This document shows, one piece after another, positions 1 through 12,751 of a stretch of 64,000 nt of DNA (the stretch's first letter is position 1; each line of letters opens with the position of its first letter). The stretch comes from Trichinella spiralis (Eukaryota). Location of the stretch: assembly GCF_000181795.1 (NCBI RefSeq), contig NW_003526945.1, positions 1,634,794 through 1,698,793 of the forward strand, written 5' to 3'. Under the pieces are notes generated by a model. It was not told the origin of the DNA. It was given only the letters and a program-made list of their open reading frames with translations, and did no database searches. A program made the position numbers and the translations under genes.

Positions 1-2715
1 AAAAAAGCATGCTTTCGAAAAATTTGCAAAAACGGCAAAGGCTACAGCCTTGCTTTTTTTGAAAAAGCGCGAAATTTTGACTTTTTCGAGGAAATGATTG
101 TAATCGATCAGAAAAAATAGGATGATCACAAACGAACCTGTTGCACGATTAATAAATGCGTATTTGTTGAGAATTTGTCAAAAAAGTTGCGTGGTGATTG
201 CGGATTTTAGTGGGAATAACAGGAAAGGAAATGAAACATGGGATGTTGATACTATAAAATGCAATTCAATTTTAGCAATATTTATGCAAATACTTTAACC
301 TGTAATCCCAGGAAATGGTTTCTGATTCTAATAACATTTGTACCTGAGGTTCATTTTTGTAATACAGAAACCTTTAAATTAAAAGAATTTTAATTACGCA
401 ATTTCATTGAGTGCAAACGATACAGAAATAAGAATTAATAAAAATCAACACAATGAATTACACTTTTCATCTAATATTGCATTATTTCTCTCAATCAATG
501 ATACGTTTCCAAACAATCAATTCTGTCAAATATCTTATTAAATAATCATTTGAGAATAATTCATAGTATCTTTAATTAATAACTGTACAATATTTGTTCC
601 ATATATGAAGGAAGAATTCATTAATACATTTTACTTCCCCAGAGGCACGCTTCTTGTCGTACTTAACCTATGTAGAGATATGTCGAAAAATTAGAATAAA
701 TACTAACTATAGGCGCATTAGTTTTTCATAAATTGTTAATTTATTCTATTTTCACCCTTTGAAATTAATTATTTTGACAAAATACAACATTTAAGCTACT
801 GTGGCTTTGTGCAGTCCAAAATTGTGATGAATCGCTTGTCAAAAATAAAAATTAAATAAACGAAAAACAGTGGCGGGACGCCTGGCCGTCTTTATAGTGG
901 AAAGGCGTCATGAACTAAGTGAACGTCATCTGTCGCTGCAGTAAGCCATGTCAGCAAAACAACACGCGCTCAGTTACTACTAAAAATATGAATATTATAA
1001 ACCAAATATAAGAAGTACTGAATATAAATAAGAAAATATGAACTATGATGAAATATTAATTTGCATATTCGATAAATAATCTTCAGGCAGTGTTATAAGA
1101 CTGGGAATATAACTGCACTAAACTTAAATGCTAAATTACCTTTTTTTGATAAAAATAATTTTCAACCAGTTCTTGATAATCAGACTTTAACTTTTCAAAA
1201 TGGGATGGACCGCAGCCTAAAATAGTATATCTTACATTGGTCCTATTATGGCGAACTGCTGCGATTATTGAACATCTAAATGAAATAATTCCAAGCAAAC
1301 GCTTTTAACTAGACGTAAAATTTCAAAAATTATACACAATCCTTATGCACTTGGTTATGTTACTAAATTATCAATTATTAATTCAATATGGATTTTCAGA
1401 TTTACTTTTATTCAACTTCAAAGTCACTTACAAAAATGTAACTTACTAAAACAAATGTTATTTAGCTGTTGTGCCTCATTATCCATTCGTCCTTCTTTAT
1501 TGAAATACTTTGAAAAAGTGCAAATGAATTTCAAGTGTGCTCTATCGGTGCATCGAACTTACAATTATTTGAAATTGGGCACAAAAGAACAGAAATAGCA
1601 CTCGCATGGCCACTAAAACTTGTTTTATTCTTCTTCTATTAATTACTGAGCAAAATGGTCATTTTTGATTTGCATTTCAATCGCATAATTGGTTCAAATT
1701 GACCGAGAACACATTTACAAAAAAGTATGCAAGTTACTAAACCACACTGTCATCAACGCAACGCATATTATAACATTATTAACATTTATAGCAATTATGC
1801 TCATACAGTTCATCAAACAGATTCAATCGAATTTTAAAATCATCATAATATGCAATGTAATATAATAAAAAACTTATTATTGTTAGATGTTTTCAATTTG
1901 CATTCGATAACTTTGGACAACATGTTTCAATGTCATCTATTTGTAGTATTGATTTTCAAATCATGCAAATTTTGAAAGTGAGGTGTATTGTAATGAAGTT
2001 ATGTAAATATGTTTGTTTTCTATTGTTGATTGCTATTTCTACAGTTGATGTTTTGGCAATATTTAAAAGGGCTTCAAAAAATATATAACGTAAAGAAAAA
2101 ACAAACAAAGAATTGCAACCAACATATATTATCAAATTTATGCTATTGGGAAGCAGATAATAACTTTACAAAGAGAAGAAAGCATAGATGGATATTGTAG
2201 ATAGCGTAACATAAAATATCCTTCAATTATTGATGATAATAGAGCAGCACTGACGTTCGGTTCATGCAAAATCCGTATTTTGCGCTTTTCCTAGAATTTA
2301 TTAAAAGCTGTAAATATTTAGTTTTGTAACTTTCATTTACTTTGTTTATTAGATTTAAATATTCGGCATATAGGTGTTGTTATAAGTAAACGTATTTGCT
2401 TTTTCTAATTTTACTCTATTCTAAACCTTATTACATTTTATTCAGTTTTATGTTTTGATAATTAATAATTCTTTTGTTTAAAAACAAATAAGTAGTAGTA
2501 TGTATATATATTTATATATGCACTATTAGAATTGAATTTTGAGTGATGGCGTCAGCTGATGCTTTTTGTCAAATGCTTCCAAGGGTATACTTTTTGTTTC
2601 ATGAATGCTTTTTATCAGTTTGGCAGTATCAGTTGACAGGCAAACGCTCAAATTTCTTTTGCGCTGTATATAAGCTTTTCGAAAGCTTTTTCTTCTTCTT
2701 CTTTACCTTTCCAAA

Positions 2716-5700
2716 ATGATCATAAATGCTTTTTTTCTTATTTTCATTTTTTTGGTCAGCTTTCAACATCAGTTCCTCCAGATTGTTAATTCTGAAGGTT
2801 CGCCAGCTTATGCTATTAATAATGGAAATTAGTTTACATGTGAAGTGTTGATTTTAGTTTTTTTCAATGGTCGTCGTTTTGAATTAATCCCAACAGAGCA
2901 GTTTCGTGGTATGTTGCGGGTCAGCGATATCACTTCCATAAGAATTACGCTGATAACATTCAGTACCAATTTCGAATTGATGGCGTTGCGCCATGATCAA
3001 GATTTCTTAGCTGTTGACTTCGAAATTCCTTTGGTTAAAGTAAATTTGACATTTTCGACTCTTTGATTTCGATTTTGTTGTACTCAATCTGCCTTTTAAT
3101 TCAGATACATCGCAGATTAAGGTGGTACAATCGTGCAGAACTTTTCACGGCTTCCTCTCCTCTTGATCTCAGTGATGGCCACTGGCATACTGTTTCTGTG
3201 CACTTCCTCAAAGAAGGTGGAATCGCTCTAGCAGTAGATGGCGTCGATGTATCAGTTAATCGATATCCAATAACCACAACTCATGTTCTTTCTTGGCCCT
3301 CCTCCAACGGACTGTCGATTGGGGGATATGCTGTCGGCTCTAATCACTTTCGCGGATGCTTCAAAAAATTCTATGTGGATTACTCAGATATTTTGCAATT
3401 TTATTCGGACATATTTCATGAAAGGTAAGCATTCTTGAAATATTGCTGAAAAAATTTTGTTTCATTTACTTCAGTCCAATTTTGTTTGCTTAACACGACA
3501 ACATGAAATACTGAAGCAATTATGCATGTTAAATAAAATCAGAGAGCAGCAGCATCTGACAAACAAAGCGCTAGGGTAATTAATGCACAGAAACTGTTGC
3601 TTTGCTGTGTTGAGATAACCGTTGAGCTTTTTAAGGACTTTACAAAAAGGACCTTTAATTGTGACTACTTTTTTGGTACTTCATAAAAGTTGTTCCATTT
3701 AATACATTTCAATTAATTTGAATTTAATAAAAGTTAAAATTATCGTCATAAACTCCAATAACTCCCGTACCATTGGCTGTTCTGTGCAATTCCTCGTGTT
3801 TATTAATTTCTTATTAGTAATGTTCTTCTTGATCGATTGGGTTTTTGATCGAGTTGAAATTTCACACAACCTGTCCAGATGTAAAAACCATGCGCAAGTA
3901 GCATATTCACCAGTCAGTTCAAGATTACTGGAATGCTGATGCTTTTCTCCGAACGTGTAGCTTTGTAATGTAGAAGTTGAAATTCTTAAACAAATTTAAA
4001 CTAGCTGACGAGCAAAATTGATGACATGCCAGTTGTAGCTTTGAAGGCACGTTAAAACAAATGTTTTTAGACGGACGAACAGCTGTGAGCACCTGTTCGA
4101 AACGAAACGCATGCAAGTGTCAGTGACGTTTAGACAAAACGGATCAGCGGAGTATTTTTACGGTGAAGAAGCGGTGCCTGGGCCTGATGGTCCGCCAGTG
4201 CGTATTGCGTTTCGTTGGCGCACAGAGAATCCTCAGGCTACAGCATTACAGCATCGAACAGAAATGAGCAACGGCAACATAATCGAGACTACGGTTCGAT
4301 TGGATGGTGGTGTCCTCACGTTGACTCACTGTGCACCTGGTAAGCAGTTGGCCTATCTGAAATCCAACGCTCAACTTGCCAGTGGTCAGTGGAATGACAT
4401 ACAAGTGGATATCAGTCGAACAGTGCTGAGGTTGCGCGTCAATGCTGACAGTGTTGAAAAACAGGTGAATAATGTCGAAAAATTTTGGAAAACTGCGTCG
4501 AAAATGATGTCCAGGATAAGATTCGGTCGACCCGTAGGATGCGTCTGTTTAGACGAATGTGCTACGGTTGATGGTTTCACTGGATGCTTGGAACATGTAC
4601 AAATACAAAATTATACTGTCGATGTGTACACTGCTCCGGTAAGAAATAATCTAGCTGTTGGCTGTTACGAATGTTTGTTCGAAGCTTCGCGTAACGTCTG
4701 CATGGCTTTGGACAATTCGAAAGGCACAGTCTTACCAGAGGCAGAAGAAAAAGAAAAACAAGAAGTAGAAGAAAATGAAGCTATGGAGAGCACCATCTAT
4801 GCAGGAGAAGTATCAGTCGAAGTAGACGAAGGTGCAGAAGTTTATTTAGAATCTGAAAAGTTGCAATTATTGACAAGAGCACTGGATACTCGCAAAAATT
4901 TGCTTTTCACAGTTCACCAGTCTCCAACGTATGGTAAATTGTACAAATTATATGAAAACTTTCGTATTGCTGTCGAACAGTTCACAGATGCCGATGTAGC
5001 TTTGCAACGGGTCCTGTACTTGCATGATGGAAGTGAAACGAGTGCTGATTTTTGTGTACTGGAAGTTGAAAGTTTGGAAAGTTACCGTGGCTTCACAAAT
5101 ACTCCGCCCCTGCTCATGATAAACTTCCAGATTCGTCCAATCAACGATTCACCAAAAGTGGAATTGCCAACCAATGGGCTCTTGCAAATGATGCAGCAAA
5201 GCTGTCTGCAATTGACTGATCGTTATTTTTTCGTCGAAGATGCCGATGATCCATTGGAACAAGTTCATATTGTTGTAAAAGAACAAACGCCAACTTTGAG
5301 CTACATACAACTGGCTGATCAAACTGGTCATCCGGTTGAAAGATTCACTGGCCAAAATTTGCGCGACGGCTTGGTCAGTGTTGTACATGTTGCCGGTCAG
5401 CGTTCTAACATCACTCTTCGTGTAGCTGATTCTCAGAATTCCGCTATGACTGTGCAGCTTAGAGTTCAGGCGAACCACGTACGCATACGATCGAAGAGCA
5501 AAAAGCCGTTGACTGTATTTCACGGTTCGAGTGCAGTTTTGAATACAGATCATTTGTCGTTCGTCATCGCTGCCGGCGACCAAGAACGCAGTGCAATAAT
5601 GTACGAAGTTCTCGAACCGCCGCTATACGGACTGTTGGAATTGGAACTGACAGAACGGATGTGGGTTGTTGTAGATCGGTTCAATCAGTCGAACGTGGAC

Positions 5701-8700
5701 GAGAATCGAGTTCGCTACAAACACGCCAACGGTGGCTTTCCAACGTCCGATAAAATTCATTTGAAAATATCAGGCCAAAATCCAGACATCGCCTCTGAAA
5801 CATTGATCGATGTACAGTTTGCCCGTAAAGCGATCAAAGTATTCAGTGCTACACCGTTTGTAACTTTTTCTCAACGAAAATCGACAATCCAACGAAACCA
5901 CCTGCTTGCATGGACTTTTCCAAAGCCGACTAACCCAGACGACATTCGTTACGAAATTACAAAGGCCTCGGTTTATGGATTTTTGGTCAAAGTTTTCGAA
6001 CAATCCGATGGAAGAAAGGTACGTCGATTGGGTGTTTATTCGAATTTTTCACAAACAGATATTGACAACGGCCGACTGCATTATCAACTTCGGTACAACC
6101 ATTTTTCTTTACTGCACGATTTTTTTCAATTTACAGTAACTGCGCTCGGGATAACCACAACTCCAAGTCGATTTTCCATTGTTTACATTCCAGGTAAAGC
6201 AGGCATTTTTATTCAGCTGGATTATTTTTTCCAATACAAATTTCCATTCATAGTAGATAGAGTTCTATAGTTGTATCTTTGGTAGCAAGTGATATTTAAA
6301 TTTTTATGAAATAAGCACTACCTTTCACTGACACTGCACCATTGCAGAGAATGAAAGAGGCATGCTTGTTAATCGAACGTTGATCATCAAGCGTGGCATG
6401 ACAAAGGTGATTTCTAACTCGACCATTTACGCGAGCATGAATCGATTTTACAACTTTTTGTACAAAGTAGTGTCAGGACCAAAATTCGGTCGACTGTTCG
6501 TCACTTCTTCTTCTGCCGCTGTTGCCTCTTCAGCTCCTGTTGCATTCACCAATGCTGATATCAACAATGGTCAGTTGTTTTATGAACACGATGGTTCAGA
6601 GTCGACCCGGGATCAAGTGTTTCTACTGGTCAGCCCGTTGTTAGAAAATAACGTGGTCGAAGATAGAATTAAACTGACCGTTTGGTTCCGGATTCGCATT
6701 CTTCCGAACAGTCCACTACCGCCCAAACGTACGGACGATCGAATCTTGTATATTCCGATTAATGGCGAAAAACTGATCGACGTCGACGACATCGGCTTTG
6801 AAAACTCAGCTCCTTCAACATTACTTGAATATCACTTTGCTGATTCACATCCAAATGGTCACTTTTTCTTAACCTCTTTGCCAAATGCAACAATTAACTC
6901 ATTTAGCCAACAGCAGCTCAAAAATGGGAAAGTCGGTTTCCGACACACCGGGCAGCAGAGCAATAAAATGACAGAAATCCCATTCTACGTTACTGATGGC
7001 AAGCACATTGTTCACGACCGTCTTGTTGTCCAAGCATCAGAATTGTTTTTCATGCTTCGAGCTGTTCGACCGTTGGAAGCACGTTTCGGTGAACTGGTTG
7101 AACTAACTGTGGATTTGTTCGAGCTTAAAAGCAGTCTAAACATTACAAAAAAGCAGATAAATCTGCTTATTGCAGAACCGATGAACAGTGGTCGTCTGTT
7201 GAAACAATCAACTCAAATAACCAAAACTGTAAATCGTTTCACCTATGAGGATATTGTCCAAGGTCGCATTTTTTATGTACATTCTGAATCTAGCGAACAT
7301 TCGGTTGTAAATCGAATTAGATTCGCCGTACGAGCCGGTTCTTTTCAAACTCAGTTCCACTTGCAGATCAACATAATCCGACAGTCACCAGATTATCGAA
7401 TCAACGTCGAAGTAGTGCGTGGTGGGGTGGCGACGTTGACTGTAGACCATCTGGATGCAGATCATTCAATATGGACTTCGGTTTCGGCTAGAACAGTTCT
7501 GCTGGCAGTAACTGCTCGACCGATTCATGGTTCGCTGGTGCTCGGCAGGTACGTTGGCTCTCGTTCGAGCACAATGCTTGACTTGATCAACGTGGACCGC
7601 TATCACTGTGACCAGGCTACATTGCACGATGTGCAAAACCGCCTACTCCACTACGTCCACCATTTTGATCCAAACATGAACAAAACTGACGGTCATCACA
7701 ACGACACTGTCGTGTTCTCAGTAACATCGTCAACACTGCCTGGAAGACGTTTGCGAATCCTGGTGAATGTAACGTTCCAGGAAGCGATCGATATACGCGA
7801 CGGTCAGTTGACAGTAGCTGAGTTCAGTAGAGTTTTAGTCAGCAGTCATACGATAAGGTTGTCGACAAACATGGTAATTGCTGAATCCAGTGAGCGTCTA
7901 CTGTTAACCAACGGACCAAAACACGGCCTACTGGTAGTCGACGAACCTGGAAAGCAGCCGTCGATCGTGTCCTCAACAATCGAATGGGATAAGGTTCGCT
8001 TCGGTCGTCTGTGGTACGTACACGACGGTGGTGATCGTCATCAATTTGAGGATCAGTTCCAAGTTTTGGCGACAATTGAAAATGGAACGTGCCGAAGTGA
8101 ACCAGCCACGGTTTATGTGCGCATTTTACGTGCAAATTTGCAGCCGCCAAAAATTTTGCTCAACGAACCAATGCGCTGGAAAAACAAACGTCAGAATTGG
8201 GCAATTTTGTCAAATCAGCATCTGAAAGTTGCCGACGAAGACAGTCCAACTGATCAGTTGAAAATTCTTGTAACATCAAGTCAGAGTTGTTATTTAGCTT
8301 TTGATGGACATTTGTCTGATGCCATAAATGAATTCACGCAAATTGATGTCGATGAAGGTCGTGTGATGCTGGTCAAATACGAAGACAAATTTCCAACAGA
8401 TGATGATGAGAATAGGCTATTCGGTTTCACTTTCTACGTCACGGACGGCAAATGGAACTCGATGCCGGATTGGTTCCGAGTTGTCAGCTTTGATCACTTT
8501 TCTGCAATACACGCAAATCATCGTCTGGATGTCGCTCCGGGCTCTTTGAGCAAGATCACCAACCATCATTTGCCGCTGTTGAGCGACGACAAAAGTTCCT
8601 TTGATTACGTCTACTCAGTTCTCGATCCACCAGCATACGGTGAACTGCTACTCGAAAATGTACTCACATCCGTATTTACACAATCGGACGTGGAAAATGG

Positions 8701-10768
8701 TTTGTTAGCTTACAATCAAACTGTACCAATACGAAGTTGGTCCAGTCGAGATTCGTTCACTTACGTACTTTCTCGAACCAGTTCATTTCCAAATTACGGC
8801 AACGTTTCGGCTTTGTTCGAGCGATGTCGTTTTCGCATTCGAATCAGCCACGCCTTTCTAGCTGCTACTGCGTTCGATTCTCTGGTGTCAACCAAGCCAC
8901 TTCTTGTTCAATACGGAGGCGTTTGTGAGCTGGGATCAGCAAATTTGGATACGTCCACATTGGAACGCCGATGCGGGTGTTCGATCAAGATCGACTGGTT
9001 GCAACTGCCTCGCCATGGTTGGCTCGAGGTACGCGGTGAGAACGTGACCGAGTCGGGCATGTTACCAGTTAGCTCCGCTGAGTTGCAGCTAGGCTTGGTC
9101 TTCTACCATCACAGTTCGTTCAGCTGGTCAGATCAGATTGTCGTTGGAATTAGGCCCAAGCACTGGTCGAAACAATCCCAACAGGAGACGTTGGTCGTCC
9201 ATTTGAAATGCATTGTCAAAGGCACATTTGACGCGGTCCACAATTATGAAAACGTACGCGATTTAGGTACTGTACGTTTGGTACGCGGTTGTAGTCGGAC
9301 GTTGACGGAAAAGGATTTTTCCGCCCAAATGGAGAAAGATCATCGAACCCGATACAAAGTGATCAAGCATTCGACAAACGCCCGACTGATTTGCTCAGGT
9401 GTGCTGGCAAGTCGCTTCAGTTGGGCAGATTTGCAAAACGGTTCGCTGTCTTTGCACAGTACCGGCAGTTTGGATAACGACAGTGTGCTGATGGTCGCAA
9501 TGGAAGAGCAACATTCGAAGCAGATGGAATCGTCGATTGTCTACCGGCTTGAGGTGCAGATCGAACCTCTGACGTTGGAGCTAGCCCACGCCAACGTGGT
9601 ATACTATTCACAGACAGAACTATTGGTTCCAGTCAACAATCGCAGCTTGCTGGCACAAAGCAACGGCCCACCGGACGGGATTGTTTATGAAATTCAAATG
9701 GCACCACAGAACGGCAGTCTGAAATGGTCGAATGGTTCCTTGTGCACGAGGTTCACACAACGAAATGTCGACGACGGTTTGGTACTTTATCATCCTACCA
9801 ACCGTGACGCGTACCGGGATCAGCTGTTGTTCAAGGTTTCTGATTCATACAACACATTAGATCGTCAGGTGTTGTCTTTCTGGGCTCTGCCAGCGCTAGA
9901 TCAGAAAGACGTGGTAGTGACGGCGGGCCAACGAGCACTGATCACTGCTGAACATTTGGCCTTGCACCCAATGCTTCAAGGTAAAGCGGTCGCTTTTCGA
10001 GTTCTCAGTCGACCAGTATACGGTAAACTGGTAAACGCCGGCAGTGCTGTGTCAGACTACTTCGACGCAATCGATTTGCTGGAACGTCGTCTGGAGTACG
10101 TGAGCGACCGACCAGTTGATCGGGACGTCCTGCTGGATCATTTCACATTCGAACTTCGAGCTGAACACTTACCCCCAGCTCGTGGGCAGGTGTCAATTGT
10201 TGTGGTGCATACGCCATCGGATGCGAGGCTCCAACTCTCTTCTGCAGTCGACGATTCCACCGGAGCCGAAGATTTCACGTTATCACCATTTGTGGACGTT
10301 GGATCAGCACTTTGGGTTCCGAACATCGATCCAAAACACGACTTGGTCGGCTTTGTACTGCTGATCGTTTCCGTCGCTTCAGTGTTTGTGGTGCTGATTC
10401 GTAAAATTCGCGTCTACGGCAAGAAACGGCGCTTCTTGATCAACACTGAATATCAGATGACCATGGTGCCGTTGGATGACGAAATCGTCGAACCTGCTAC
10501 AACGGCTCTGCTAGCCGAAACTCCGCTATCCAGCCACCAAACGTTGGATACACGTCCACTGGAGACATCGCCGTTCAACAATCGCACGTCGTCATCATCT
10601 GCATGCGTACCGACGAAACGTAAAATCTCGTTGGATTTGTGTGCGGCCTCAGACACGACGTTGGCAGATCATGGGCATGAAAATTACATACCGGCCGTGA
10701 CCAATTCAGAACCGTCTGGCAGTGTTGAAATGGCTGTGAAACTAAACAAAAACCAATACTGGGTTTGA
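2716..10768 (+). CDS. CSPG4: Chondroitin sulfate proteoglycan 4 (NG2/kon-tiki/perdido)-like type I membrane protein; ~5 exons (approx. 2716-2797, 2858-3039, 3105-3424, 4071-6193, 6348-10768)
   Basis: Hydrophobic signal peptide (MIINAFFLIFIFLVSF). Two laminin-G-like segments (LSDGHWHTVSV...FRGC; LASGQWNDIQV...FTGCL). Many CSPG repeats (FTxxDIxxGxxxYxHDGSE). TM helix LVGFVLLIVSVASVFVVLI followed by RK. C-terminal QYWV PDZ-binding motif typical of CSPG4/Kon. GT-AG junctions keep frame at 3424/4071 and 6193/6348. Confidence 0.93.
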
Positions 10769-11077
10769 ATATTAAGAACAACAGCCGAAAGTTCACAGTA
10801 CGAGTATTTTTTTAAATTTATTGTTTGTTTGTTTGTTTTTCTTGCATTTGATTTGTTATCATGCTTCAAGTTATCTTTTTTTACTTATTGTCATGAAAAT
10901 GTTCAATAATATGAACAAGAGCAACAATTTCTTTGCCAGTAATAAGCAAATGGTATGAAATGAATATGAAGATAATGTGAACGTATGATTAAAGTTTCTA
11001 ATGAAAAATTTATATGACAGTAAACAGTAAGTTAAAGAAAAGTTGTTATTAAAAATATGTAGTTCCATGTTACGCTG

Positions 11078-11745
11078 TCAAGCAGGAAGCACGTTGTTGT
11101 TCATGCGTTTAATGATACAAATCAGAAGGTCTTCCCATTGCACCTTGTAACAAATTGTGTCAGTCCTGTTAGCATATTCACTCACTTCGGTATAATTACT
11201 GAAGGAAACTACTGAATGCTTTCTCCAAACAAACAGTCTACCAATATCTACGTGGTACACAACTCGTATCGCGTCCTTACGAAAAGCATCAAACCAGCAA
11301 AAAAATGCAACGTCTATGAAAAATCCACGAAACGAAAACATGACAAACGAGAACAGGAAACCCACGATGCAAAAAAACTAAACGCCATATATAAATATGT
11401 AATTTCATTTGGTCTGTCATGAACGTCATCCGAGAAATATCGGCGTTCAGATAGAATCACAAATACAAGCGTATGCATGTATATTATCAGAGGCAGCTGT
11501 TTGATGGATGAGTTGGAAAAAGCTTCTTGCAATTCCATGAGATGCACAAAAGAAAAATAAATTAACAGCAAAATGCTTACAATACGGACAACACAGGATT
11601 GCATTTCTAAAGTGGTCAGCAAAGAATATCACCAAAGTCAAGCCAAGAAACTGTTTCCAACCAATACACTGCACATGCAATAGCTGATCAGTCGTTTTCT
11701 TTTGATATGCATTTTTATTTACATGAAACAACTGGGTTCTAGAGC
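11078..11745 (-). CDS. Putative small spliced gene (3' exons), unknown product
   Basis: Minus-strand donor sites (plus-strand ctcac ~11181, cttac ~11576) and short open segments such as ...HVDIGRLFVWRKHSVVSFSNYTE|VQWEDLLICIIKRMNNNVLPA*. No family recognised; 5' end undefined. Confidence 0.35.
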
Positions 11746-12751
11746 TGGCATTTAAAGCAACTCAAATTTATTAATTCATACTTTAAGTTAATTGTAAAAA
11801 AAGTAATACTATTCACAATTGTATATACGAAAATTATTTTCGCCCTCCCCCCCCCCTCCCTCTTCCAAAAATAAAAAAAAAAGAAAAAAAACTACACATT
11901 CATTGCTATATTGAAATGCGTTGTTTGGTCACTTGGATGATGCAATCAGTTTCGATTTTCTCTGGCTGCTGTAATTGAATTCACCATTGAAAAACAGAGG
12001 CCGAGTTTTTGCGCATTAATGCAGTTCATCAAATTGGTATGCAATTCAATAACTGTGCGCCATTTATTTCAATCATCTGATGCATCAAAGTTCGTTTAAC
12101 ATTACCAATAATCCATGCAATGCTTTTCTTCTTTCATATTTTCATTTTTTGTTTGAAATAATAATAAAAAGATGAAAAGAAAAATCAATTCTTCTTCGTT
12201 ATTTTCTAAAGCTAGTTAATTTGTTGCTCAGTTGTTTAATAAATTTTTGATTCAAATAAAAATTTACAAGAAACCATAATTCTTGTGTGTGTGTGTTCGT
12301 TTGTTCCATTTGTTCGTAGTAGAATAATGAAGTAATTATTAAAAGTGATATGCTATTTGAAACTTCAAACAAATAGCTGGCCAATGGTGACTAAGAGTAA
12401 ATGTTAACTTCAACAATCTAAAAAATTGCTCACCAATTCCATTCGTTGGATAAAAAAATTGCTCAAAACATTTTGATCGTAATCCATTCAGTAAACGATT
12501 CAGTGGGTGAGTTTTCAATTGGTCGACCGATGGGGGCGACACCCAAATGAATAATCGATCTCAGTTATGCCAAAAGGCGGCAAAATTTTGTTTTCACCGT
12601 TGCCTAGGTGATTGCTTGTTCACTGCTAGCTTGACAGCTGCGTAAACGGTGCCTACTTCCGCCAAATGTACTCTGAATTATGTTTTGGCATTCATGAAGG
12701 CTTTTTACAAATCTAGGTCCTGAATCACAATGGACCGATGATGTAAAGCCG

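Noticed and set aside
1..100. Short palindromes and a hairpin (gcaaaggctacagccttgc) at the window start
   Set aside because: Truncated by the window edge; too short to assign to an element.
4386..10869. Numerous short antisense or alternate-frame ORFs inside the CSPG4 exons
   Set aside because: Shadow ORFs of a long coding region with no recognisable motifs.
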